Shown here piece after piece: positions 18,317 through 25,235 of a stretch of 32,000 bases of DNA. The DNA comes from Delftia acidovorans NBRC 14950. GTDB taxonomy: Bacteria > Pseudomonadota > Gammaproteobacteria > Burkholderiales > Burkholderiaceae_C. The notes under the pieces were generated by a model. That model ran no database searches. It saw only the letters and a list, made by a program, of their open reading frames with translations, and was not told the origin of the DNA. The translations under genes were made by a program, and so were the position numbers. Where the stretch lies: NCBI RefSeq assembly GCF_001598795.1, contig NZ_BCZP01000036.1, positions 10,689 through 42,688 on the forward strand. The letters run 5' to 3'. Position 1 is the stretch's first letter; each line of letters opens with the position of its first letter.

Positions 18317-18403
18317 GCGCGGGTGGCGAAATTGGTAGACGCACCAGGTTTAGGTCCTGACGCCAGCAATGGTGTGGGGGTTCGAGTCCCCCCCCGCGCA
18401 CCA
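18317..18403 (+). tRNA. tRNA-Leu (anticodon UAG)
   Basis: Folded by hand. The acceptor is GCGCGGG/CCCGCGC and the D arm GCGAAATTGGTAGACGC. The anticodon stem is CCAGG/CCTGA with loop TTTAGGT (anticodon TAG). It has a long variable arm, a T arm GGGGG-TTCGAGT-CCCCC, discriminator A and an encoded CCA. It is near-identical in layout to E. coli tRNA-Leu. Confidence 0.85.
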
Positions 18404-18441
18404 CAATAGAGAAAAGGCAAAGTACGCCTAATCTCACTTAA

Positions 18442-18474
18442 ACCCGTTTTCTTCGACGAAAACGGGTTTTTTTT
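18442..18474 (+). terminator. Rho-independent terminator downstream of tRNA-Leu
   Basis: A 10-bp perfect stem (acccgttttc / gaaaacgggt) with a 6-nt loop ttcgac, followed by a T8 tract. Confidence 0.7.
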
Positions 18475-18574
18475 CGCCTCTGCATGTCACGGACGTGGGG
18501 GTAACAGGTGTGTGGATGTGATGCCGCTATGCCACAGCAACGTTCTTGGAAGGCTTGTAGCGAGATAAATGAAA

Positions 18575-18648
18575 ATATCACCTGAGCATGATATATTTGC
18601 AATATTATCTTGAGGTAATAATTTGAATTAATCATCTTGAGATGATAT
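18575..18648 (+). promoter_or_regulatory. hipBA promoter/operator region with three dyad-symmetric sites spaced 27 bp apart
   Basis: Site 1 is ATATCA-N8-TGATAT (18575-18594), site 2 TATTA-N8-TAATA (18603-18620) and site 3 TAATCA-N8-TGATAT (18629-18648). All have a CTGAG or TTGAG centre. A candidate -35 TTGAAT (18623-28) and -10 TATTTT (18646-51) are present, with SD AGGAGA at 18665-70 before hipB ATG 18676. Local GC is about 30%. Confidence 0.55.
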
Positions 18649-18675
18649 TTTGAATGCCCTGGCCAGGAGAACACC

Positions 18676-19077
18676 ATGGACCACCTGTTGCAACTGCCCG
18701 ATCAGCTTGCGCTGCACCTGAAGTCGCTGCGCAAGGCCGCTGGCGTGAGCCAGGCCCAACTGGCGCAGCGGCTGGGCGTGTCCCAGTCGCGTGTGGCGGC
18801 GATAGAGCGTGACCCGGCCGCCATCAGCGTGCGCCAGCTGATGGAGATCCTGCAGCTGCTGGATGCCGATCTGCTCATGCGGCCCAGGGCGGATGCGGTG
18901 GCTTCTCCTGCGCCTGCACCTGTGCCTGTGCCTGCTGCGTTGAAGGTGGCCGAGCCCGCTCCACAACCGTACGCGGGTGACAACGTGCCCCGCAAGCCCG
19001 CCGAGCGCCCCGTGGCCTTCAAGCCGCAGGCGCTGCCGCCGCACTGGCAGGACCGCAAGCCGAAAGGGTCCTGGTGA
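18676..19077 (+). CDS. hipB: XRE-family HTH antitoxin (HipB-like) with a Pro/Ala-rich C-terminal extension
   Basis: It has an HTH (LRKAAGVSQAQLAQRLGVSQSRVAAIERDP), and its stop overlaps the hipA start (GTGATG). At 133 aa it is longer than the roughly 88 aa I recall for E. coli HipB. The last 65 or so residues are low-complexity (APAPVPVPAALKVAEPAPQP...). Confidence 0.8.
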   Translation: MDHLLQLPDQLALHLKSLRKAAGVSQAQLAQRLGVSQSRVAAIERDPAAISVRQLMEILQLLDADLLMRPRADAVASPAPAPVPVPAALKVAEPAPQPYAGDNVPRKPAERPVAFKPQALPPHWQDRKPKGSW

Positions 19078-20384
19078 TGGCGGCGTTGGGCGTCTGGATG
19101 AATGGGGAGCGGGTGGGCACCTGGGAGGTCACGCGCACGGGCCGCCATGTGTTCGCCTATGACCCGGCCTGGCCGCAGAGCGCGCATGCGCGGCCGCTGT
19201 CGCTGTCCATGCCCTTCACGCGCGACCTGACGGTGGCGGGCGAGGTGGTGGCCCACTATTTCGACAACCTGCTGCCGGACGGCGAGGGCATTCGCCGGCG
19301 CATTCACCAGCGCTTCGGGCTGCGCGGGATCGATGCGTTTTCGCTGCTGGAAGCCATTGGCCGCGATTGCGTGGGGGCCGTGCAGCTGCTGCCCGAGGGT
19401 GCCGTGCCCGACGGTTTTGACCAGGTGCGCTTCGAGCCGCTGAGCGAGGCGCAGATTGCCGAGCACCTGGCCAGCCTGGGCGCCGGGTTTGGTGCGCTGG
19501 AGGTGGAGCAGGAGTTCCGGCTGTCCATTGCCGGTGCGCAGGAGAAGACGGCGGTGCTGCGCCATGGCGGCCAGTGGTGCCGCCCGCTGGGCGCGACGCC
19601 GACCACGCATATCTTGAAGCCGGCCATCGGCGTGGTGCCGCACTGGCACTACGACCTGAGCGAGTCAGTGGCCAATGAGTGGCTGTGTGCCCGGCTGCTG
19701 GCCGAGCTGGGCTTTGCCGTGGCCGACAGCAGCATCGAGACCTTCGGCGGGCAGCAGGTGCTGTGCGTGGAGCGCTTTGACCGCGCCTGGATGGCGCAGG
19801 GCTGGATTGCGCGCCTGCCCCAGGAAGATTTCTGCCAGGTGCGCGGCGTTGCCAGCGCCAACAAGTACGAGACCCACGGCGGGCCCGGCATGCTGCAGTG
19901 CCTGCAGGTGCTGCAGCATGGCAGCGAGCCTGCCCAGGATTGCGCCCGCTTCGTGATGGCCCAGCTGGCGTTCTGGCTGCTGGCGGCCACGGACGGGCAT
20001 GCCAAGAATTTCTCGGTGTTCCTGCAGCCGGGCGGCCGCTATGAGATGACACCGCTGTACGACGTGCTGTCGGCCTGGCCCATCATCGGCCATGGCCAAG
20101 GCAAGATTGCCCGCCAGCGCGCCAGGATGGCCATGGCCCTGCCGGGGCGCAGCCGCCACTACCGCCTGGCCGAGATCCAGCGCCGCCACTGGAAGGCCCT
20201 GGCCGAGACCACGCGCATCGCAGGCCTGTGGGAGAGCATGGTGGAGATGGTCGAGGCGCTGGACGGCGCCATCGACCGGCTGCAGCCGCGCCTGCCGGCC
20301 AGCGTGCCGCAGCCTATGGCCCGGCAGATCTTCGACGGGGCGCGCGACCAGGCACGGCGCTTTCTGCTTAGGGGTGATCACTGA
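19077..20384 (+). CDS. hipA: type II toxin HipA-family Ser/Thr kinase
   Basis: It has the N-terminal HipA coupling region (VWMNGERVGTW), a P-loop-like IAGAQEKTAV, the catalytic loop ATDGHAKNFSV, and LTPLYDVLS. Both ATG 19077 and GTG 19074 overlap the hipB stop. Confidence 0.9.
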   Translation: MAALGVWMNGERVGTWEVTRTGRHVFAYDPAWPQSAHARPLSLSMPFTRDLTVAGEVVAHYFDNLLPDGEGIRRRIHQRFGLRGIDAFSLLEAIGRDCVGAVQLLPEGAVPDGFDQVRFEPLSEAQIAEHLASLGAGFGALEVEQEFRLSIAGAQEKTAVLRHGGQWCRPLGATPTTHILKPAIGVVPHWHYDLSESVANEWLCARLLAELGFAVADSSIETFGGQQVLCVERFDRAWMAQGWIARLPQEDFCQVRGVASANKYETHGGPGMLQCLQVLQHGSEPAQDCARFVMAQLAFWLLAATDGHAKNFSVFLQPGGRYEMTPLYDVLSAWPIIGHGQGKIARQRARMAMALPGRSRHYRLAEIQRRHWKALAETTRIAGLWESMVEMVEALDGAIDRLQPRLPASVPQPMARQIFDGARDQARRFLLRGDH

Positions 20385-20683
20385 GCCATATGGGCGGCTG
20401 GCTCAGTGTCGCGATGTTGCTGTGCATCGAATTCTGACAATGGCATGGCTGCCATCTGTCGTGCGACTTCCCGGCGCTTGATGTGTGTGCTTATCGGAAG
20501 TATCACAGACGGATTGGGGATGGCGCTGGGAGAGATAGTGCGGTTGATCTCCGTCACTGCTGAAAATACGTGGCCACATTCGAAGTTGCGGCACTGGAAT
20601 ATGGTTTCCCGGCTGGTGTTGGTCAATTGCAAGCTGGTGCGTGTGTACGCGTGTTCATTGCAGTGTGGGCACATCATTCGCAT
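20378..20683 (-). CDS. Ogr/Delta-family zinc-finger late-transcription activator-like protein
   Basis: The Cys spacing is CPHC-x22-CRNFEC, identical to P2 Ogr (C-x2-C-x22-C-x4-C), and there is shared residue context (ARTS...T...E...QC.N..C...F). At 101 aa it is about 30 aa longer at the C-terminus than Ogr. Its 3' end overlaps the hipA 3' end by 7 nt (convergent). Confidence 0.8.
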   Translation of the reverse strand: MRMMCPHCNEHAYTRTSLQLTNTSRETIFQCRNFECGHVFSAVTEINRTISPSAIPNPSVILPISTHIKRREVARQMAAMPLSEFDAQQHRDTEPAAHMAQ

Positions 20684-20727
20684 GGGTCATGTTCCTTTCG
20701 AGGCCAGTTGACGGTATGAGCGGCTGT

Positions 20728-21093
20728 TCAACAGCAGGGCTTATGGGATGCCAGGCTTCCTGGTCTTGGGGTGAGCACTTGCGTTGCACGCATGCGGGCG
20801 TAGCCGCCTATCCAGGCGTCCAGCGTGATGCCCATGCTTTCGAGGCCCTTTGGACATTGCTTTTCACCATCGATGGCAATCTGTTGGGCAACGCGGTAGG
20901 GCATGTCATGCAAGGCCTCCTGGATGAACTCGGCGACCCAAGGCGGTCCGTAGTTTTCCAGCACGTAGGCATCCAGGTACTCGGCGAGATACTGCTCGTG
21001 GCCTTCGCTGCTGGCATGGCTGGATGCCGCCGTGTGGGCCCAGCAGGCTGTAGACGCGTTTGCTTTCATGGCTGTCTGCAATCGATGTGGCAA
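20728..21093 (-). CDS. hypothetical phage protein (113-121 aa), first gene of the leftward operon with the Ogr-like gene
   Basis: An open frame with fairly high GC3 and a helical-looking sequence (EQYLAEYLDAYVLENYGPPWVAEFIQEALHDM). The start is ambiguous (TTG 21093 or ATG 21069) and there is no clear SD. No family was recognised. Confidence 0.45.
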   Translation of the reverse strand: MPHRLQTAMKANASTACWAHTAASSHASSEGHEQYLAEYLDAYVLENYGPPWVAEFIQEALHDMPYRVAQQIAIDGEKQCPKGLESMGITLDAWIGGYARMRATQVLTPRPGSLASHKPCC

Positions 21094-21145
21094 GGCGAGG
21101 TGGGTGTGCGTGGTTGCTGGAACCGATGTCTTGAATATACCTTAA

Positions 21146-21200
21146 GGTTCTGTTTTTGATGGTTCTTTAGGTATTGTCCTTTGGGTATTTATGGGTATTG
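21146..21200. promoter_or_regulatory. cluster of GGTTC / GGTATT repeats (OL-like operator candidate) between the cI terminator and the ORF121-ogr operon
   Basis: Read directly: aaGGTTCtg, atGGTTCtttaGGTATTg, tttGGGTATTt and atGGGTATTg. The same GGTTC-N4-GGTAT and GGTAT units occur in the cI-cro intergenic region. Confidence 0.4.
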
Positions 21201-21203
21201 TTG

Positions 21204-21232
21204 ACAAAAAAAGCCACCCCTGAGGGTGGCTT
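21204..21232 (-). terminator. Rho-independent terminator downstream of the repressor gene
   Basis: On the minus strand, a 9-bp stem (AAGCCACCC / GGGTGGCTT) with a 4-nt loop is followed by T7-8. It lies 19 nt after the cI stop (21251). Confidence 0.7.
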
Positions 21233-21250
21233 GGTAGTCTTCTGTGCGGG

Positions 21251-21970
21251 TTAGTAGACTTTGCTTTCCCAGGCGCGCAGCACCTTGGCCAGGATCTGAA
21301 GGTTCATGCCGGGTTTGATGTACCACTCCCGGTATTTCTTGTTCTCGCTGATCACCAGAATGCCCTCGCCGGGAATTCGCTGAAGGCGCTTGATAAAGCC
21401 TTCTCCGTCGACCGAGAAGAAGTAGACGCCATCGAACTCGCACTCCCTGACGCCAGTGTCCACCAGGAGTGGATCGCCTGGATTGAACATCCCCAGCATG
21501 GAGTCTCCAAAGCCCGTCACGATGGCCAGGTTGTCGTAGGACGTCACGTAGGGGAGGTTTTTCTGGGCCCACTCACTGTTCACGCTCCAGCTGTTGATGA
21601 CGCCGGGTTGGTCTCGCAAGACCAGTCCGCCGCCCATGGCGCCACCTGTGGAGTACTGTCGAATCACTATTTCGTCTCGTGTGAGTTTCTTGTTGGTATT
21701 TTCCACCAGGTCGGGGGTGTGCTTTAGAGCTGCGGCTGCCTCATTGGGTGTCATTTCCCAAAATCCGCGCGGCAGATCGAATGCCGTCCGCGTGGCTTCC
21801 ATCAACTCTTGCCCAATTCCTTTGGCGCCCTTCTTGTCTTGAGGGTAGAAAAGTCGGTTGACGTAGCTTGCGTCCTTTCCTATGGCGCGTGCCATCGCGG
21901 CCCGATTGCCTTGGGTGAATTCCGAGCAGACGATTGTAAGAAGTTGTTGCAGGCGTGTGTGCTGATCCAT
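21251..21970 (-). CDS. CI-like phage repressor, LexA/S24 peptidase family
   Basis: It has an N-terminal HTH-like region (NRAAMARAIGKDASYVNRL). The C-terminal S24 domain has the catalytic Ser motif GDSM and Lys in FIKRL. It is divergent from a Cro-like gene. Confidence 0.85.
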   Translation of the reverse strand: MDQHTRLQQLLTIVCSEFTQGNRAAMARAIGKDASYVNRLFYPQDKKGAKGIGQELMEATRTAFDLPRGFWEMTPNEAAAALKHTPDLVENTNKKLTRDEIVIRQYSTGGAMGGGLVLRDQPGVINSWSVNSEWAQKNLPYVTSYDNLAIVTGFGDSMLGMFNPGDPLLVDTGVRECEFDGVYFFSVDGEGFIKRLQRIPGEGILVISENKKYREWYIKPGMNLQILAKVLRAWESKVY

Positions 21971-21989
21971 GGGCTGATTTTCGCGTTGA

Positions 21990-22044
21990 GTACCTGTGGG
22001 TACAAGATACCTTTGGGTATCTTTTTGTGGGTTCCTTGGGTATC
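21990..22044. promoter_or_regulatory. cI/cro divergent operator region (OR-like) with GGTAYC dyads
   Basis: It holds GTACC-tgtg-GGTAC (21990-22003), a perfect GATACC-tttg-GGTATC (22006-22021) and GGTTC-cttg-GGTATC (22030-22044). All lie in the 83-bp gap between cI ATG (21970) and cro ATG (22054). Confidence 0.55.
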
Positions 22045-22053
22045 ATGTGCTGC

Positions 22054-22302
22054 ATGAACCCATTCAAATTGTTTTTTTGTGAACTGGATCGTCGCGGGCG
22101 TGCCGAGTTCGCCGAGCGGTGTGGCACCACGCCAGGGCTGCTCAGCAAGCTGGTCTATGGCGGCGGGAAAGTGGAGTTGGGGCTGGCTGACGTGATGGTG
22201 GCTTTGGGGGGCGGCAGGTTTTCCCTGGATGCGCTGCCATTGACCGAAAGGGCTCGTTTCCAGAACGAAGCTCGCTCGATAGGCCATGGGAGGTGCGCAT
22301 GA
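22054..22302 (+). CDS. Cro/YdaS-like HTH DNA-binding protein
   Basis: An 82-aa protein with HTH RAEFAERCGTTPGLLSKLVYG, transcribed divergently from cI. Its stop overlaps the next gene's start (ATGA). The start was chosen at ATG 22054; ATG 22045 is possible. Confidence 0.6.
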   Translation: MNPFKLFFCELDRRGRAEFAERCGTTPGLLSKLVYGGGKVELGLADVMVALGGGRFSLDALPLTERARFQNEARSIGHGRCA

Positions 22303-23270
22303 CAAGCCAATGCAATGCCGTTCTGCCTGATCCCATGGTGCCCTGCGACTGTGATCTTTCCGACTTTCCGTTCATGCCACTGGATGTAGCCCGGCTGAGG
22401 GATTCGGACCTGGCGGCCAACGAGACCCCCGATGCATGCTGGGCCGCCGTGCTGCTGTGGTCTGCCGCCTGGCACCAAGTTCCCGCTGGCTCCATGCCGG
22501 ACAACGATGCCTGGATCGCGAAACAGGCGGGCTATGCCCTGCGGGGACGTATTGACCCCAAGTGGAAACGCGTGCGTGAGGGAGCCATGCGAGGCTGGGT
22601 GCTATGCAGCGACGGACGCTACCACCACGCGGTGGTAGCGGAGAAGGTTCGCGACGCCTGGAGTGCCAAGTTGCTGCAGCGTTGGCGCACCGAATGCAGC
22701 CGCATCAAAAAGCACAACGACAGGCACGGGACAGATGTGCGCCGTCCATCGTATGAGGAATGGATAGATTGCGGCCGTCCCACCGGACAGGTGCTGTCCA
22801 TGTCCGGGGACGGTTACGCCTGTCCGGGGGAACAAGATGACAGTGTCCCTGGGGACAGTGCTCCGGTGTCCCGTGGAGGCTGTGTTGCGGTCTCTGCGGA
22901 AAGCGCCTCCAAGGGACAGGGAAAGGGAAAGAGACAGGGACACCCTGATGTTCGCTCCAATCCTGGCGGTTCGATCCGCCAGCCCGTTCCTGCCAGCGAC
23001 TGCAGCGAGATCATTTTCGGCTATGGGCTGTCTCTGCTGGTCAACTCGGGTACGCCGGAAAGACAGGCACGGTCCTTCCTTGGTGGGTTGCGCAAGGTCC
23101 ATGGTGACGATGCGTTGATCGACAGGCTGCGTGCCTGCGCCCAGGCCAGGCCGCTGCAACCGCTGGAATGGCTGGCTGCCGCACTTCCGCCACCGACGAG
23201 GGCCGCTATTCGTCGCTCCGTCCCCGTGGGCAGGCACGGCGCAGCTTACGCGGCCATCATGGAGGCGTAG
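22299..23270 (+). CDS. DUF1376 (YdaU-like) domain protein, putative phage replication initiation/organiser protein
   Basis: The N-terminal FPFMPLDVARLRDSDLAA...AAVLLWSAAWHQVPAGSMPDND pattern matches my recollection of DUF1376. It occupies the position of a lambda O analogue. SD GGGAGG precedes ATG 22299. Confidence 0.65.
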   Translation: MTSQCNAVLPDPMVPCDCDLSDFPFMPLDVARLRDSDLAANETPDACWAAVLLWSAAWHQVPAGSMPDNDAWIAKQAGYALRGRIDPKWKRVREGAMRGWVLCSDGRYHHAVVAEKVRDAWSAKLLQRWRTECSRIKKHNDRHGTDVRRPSYEEWIDCGRPTGQVLSMSGDGYACPGEQDDSVPGDSAPVSRGGCVAVSAESASKGQGKGKRQGHPDVRSNPGGSIRQPVPASDCSEIIFGYGLSLLVNSGTPERQARSFLGGLRKVHGDDALIDRLRACAQARPLQPLEWLAAALPPPTRAAIRRSVPVGRHGAAYAAIMEA

Positions 23271-23272
23271 GC

Positions 23273-23800
23273 ATGCAGAGCATTTCTGCCCTGTCGTCCG
23301 TTGCGATAACGGGAGAGCTCCGGCAGCAGGCCGCGAGTTCCGCCGTGAAAAACCTGTTCCTGGTCATGCAGGGGTCCTACGGTTCGCTGTTTCTGAGCAA
23401 ATTCGCCACAGGCGTTCTGGATGATGGCGGGCGAGATCTCGGTGTCCGCGCGGCCATGCGTGTCTGGAGCGCAGCGCTGGCGAAATACGACTCCAGTGTG
23501 ATTGAAACTGCCGTGGCCCGACTGCCTGCGGCCCATCCGGATTTCCCGCCGCACCTGCCTCAGTTTGAAGCGCTGTGCCGTGCCGCCACCCCCCGCAGCA
23601 CACATGCCGAGTTGCAGGGGTGGACTCGTCTGCCAGCACCTGGTGCTTCGCCTGTCCGTGTGCAACTGGTGCCTGTAGGCGATGGCAAGGACTGGGCGCG
23701 CCGCATCCTGGCCCGAACCCGGGCCGGTGACCAGACCATCACCCGCGCAGTGCTTCGCAATGCCATGCAGGCCCTGAGCATGGATGGGTGGCCGCGATGA
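23273..23800 (+). CDS. lambda P-like replication protein (putative helicase loader)
   Basis: The block AMRVWSAALAKYDSSVIETAVARLPAAHPDFPPHLPQFEALCR parallels lambda P ...RRQWVLAFRENGITTMEQVNAGMRVARRQNRPFLPSPGQFVAWCR. This is pattern-level similarity from memory only. Confidence 0.45.
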   Translation: MQSISALSSVAITGELRQQAASSAVKNLFLVMQGSYGSLFLSKFATGVLDDGGRDLGVRAAMRVWSAALAKYDSSVIETAVARLPAAHPDFPPHLPQFEALCRAATPRSTHAELQGWTRLPAPGASPVRVQLVPVGDGKDWARRILARTRAGDQTITRAVLRNAMQALSMDGWPR

Positions 23801-24058
23801 CTGTCCAGACTTGTCCGAATGCCCTCCACAGCCTATCTCCGTCGTCCTGACGTCACTGCCTGCTGCGCTGTGGCACCAATCGCCCCCTGCCGTGCCCAGA
23901 GCCGCCCCGTTTCCCAGCCTTCCATTGAAAGGGTAGAACCTTGAATTCCACGCTTTTTCGCAACAACGTATTCCAGTGGCCTGAACGGCGCGGCCCGGTG
24001 TGCGCCATCCATGCCAGATCGGCTCGTTGGTTGCCACATCTGAGCCTGGCTGAAGCCC

Positions 24059-24445
24059 GTGCAGGAAAGGTCTGAACGTATGGGAGACGAAGCGATCAAC
24101 TGGCTGGCGGGGCAACTGCAAGGCCGAAAGGATGGCAGGCCCAGGAATCACAACCCTCGCCCTGCCGGAGTCGTGCGCCCAGGCAGTGGTACGGACGCAT
24201 TGTTGCGCCATCTGCAGCAAATGCCGGACCGCTGGTTCTTCCATTGCGAACTGGTGCTGGCGCTAGGGCGTTCAAAAGGAGAGATCGATTGGGCGCTGCA
24301 GTACCTGACGGGGCGGGGCCTGGTCCAAGCCAGGCTCACCGAATTGCCCGGGCGCAAGCCTGTTCTGCGCTACCGACTGATCTGCGACCGTCGCGAGGTG
24401 CCGGCGAATTCTTCGGGCCTGCCTGATGGCGCGTCCCAAGCCTGA
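24059..24445 (+). CDS. hypothetical protein, possible winged-helix DNA-binding fold
   Basis: It is an open frame upstream of terS. The C-terminal half (CELVLALGRSKGEIDWALQYLTGRGLV...VLRYRL) looks like a wHTH. The start is uncertain (24059 or ATG 24080). Confidence 0.4.
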   Translation: MQERSERMGDEAINWLAGQLQGRKDGRPRNHNPRPAGVVRPGSGTDALLRHLQQMPDRWFFHCELVLALGRSKGEIDWALQYLTGRGLVQARLTELPGRKPVLRYRLICDRREVPANSSGLPDGASQA

Positions 24446-24458
24446 CAGGTTCGCAGGC

Positions 24459-25235
24459 ATGAAAACGCTAATCTCCAACACCGTCCTTTCCGGGGGGGAG
24501 CAAGTCTCCTCCTCCCGTCAGCACAGCAGCACGCAGGAGCGGCATCGTTGCTTTGCACGGGAGTACGTTGCATCGGGTTTCAATGCCACGCGGGCGGCAG
24601 TCGCCGCAGGCTACAGTCCATCCTCTGCGGCATCTCAGGGCGCCAGGCTGCTGAAGGATCCACGGGTGCAGGACTATGTCAGGGAGTGCAGCCAACGCGT
24701 CGCGGAGCACGCCGAGGTTCGGGCCGAGGAAGTGGTGCGCCGGCTCCATGAAATGCTGATGGCCGATCCGCGCGATCTGGTCGAGGTTCACGTATCGTGC
24801 TGCCGGCATTGCTACGGAGCTGCCCATGACTACCAGTACACGCTGTCCGAGTACAACGCCAAGCGTGAAAAGTGGATTGATGCCGGCAAGCAATTTCAGG
24901 ACTTTCCCGAGCTCGGCGGGGTGGGCTACGAGGCCCACCGTCCCCCCCTGGCGGAGTGCCCTGAGTGTTTTGGCGCCGGTCTGCCACGCACGGTCGTCAA
25001 GGACACGCGCGGCCTTGGGCGGGGTGCGCTGGCGCTGTTCGGTGGCGCAAAGGAAGGCAAGTACGGCACGGAGATCAGCCTCCGCAGCCAGTTGGATGTG
25101 ATAGAGAAACTGATGCGCTATCACGGCCTGTACCAGCGGGACACCGCTCAGAAAAGCATGGGCATGGGGCACTTCGAAGTGCATTTCATTGAGCCACCCC
25201 GGCGCAGTGACGATCCTCGCGAGGAGCGTGCATGA
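24459..25235 (+). CDS. terminase small subunit (Terminase_2-like)
   Basis: FAREYVASGFNATRAAVAAGYSPSSAASQGARLLKDPRVQDYV is the classic TerS HTH signature. There is an ATGA overlap with terL. The start was set at ATG 24459 (MKTLI); the track start 24426 overlaps the upstream ORF. Confidence 0.8.
   Translation: MKTLISNTVLSGGEQVSSSRQHSSTQERHRCFAREYVASGFNATRAAVAAGYSPSSAASQGARLLKDPRVQDYVRECSQRVAEHAEVRAEEVVRRLHEMLMADPRDLVEVHVSCCRHCYGAAHDYQYTLSEYNAKREKWIDAGKQFQDFPELGGVGYEAHRPPLAECPECFGAGLPRTVVKDTRGLGRGALALFGGAKEGKYGTEISLRSQLDVIEKLMRYHGLYQRDTAQKSMGMGHFEVHFIEPPRRSDDPREERA

Noticed and set aside
20406-20711. A 101-aa + strand ORF downstream of hipA.
   Set aside because: It lies exactly antisense to the Ogr-like zinc-finger gene, whose Cys spacing and residue context are convincing. 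Its own product is Cys/Leu-rich with no motif.
21201-21206. A consensus TTGACA on the + strand next to the cI terminator, considered as a rightward promoter.
   Set aside because: There is no acceptable -10 at 16-18 bp, and it would fire into the terminator hairpin and antisense to cI. It is more likely part of the AT-rich repeat and terminator context.
18404-21250. An integrase gene, or a direct repeat of the tRNA-Leu 3' end marking attL/attR.
   Set aside because: I scanned this stretch by eye and found no tyrosine or serine recombinase-like ORF and no copy of the GGTTCGAGTCC T-arm segment. The prophage or island boundary therefore cannot be fixed from this window.
23813-23831. A P2-type late promoter dyad (TGT-N12-ACA) for the Ogr-like activator.
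   Set aside because: The nearest match read here is TGT-N13-ACA (tgtccgaatgccctccaca). The spacing is wrong, it is a single occurrence, and such short dyads arise by chance.
23819-23944. A 41-codon + strand ORF (MPSTAYLRRPDVTACCAV...) in the early/late gap.
   Set aside because: It has no SD and only moderate GC3, and the Cys/Pro-rich sequence has no recognisable features. That is insufficient evidence to call a gene.
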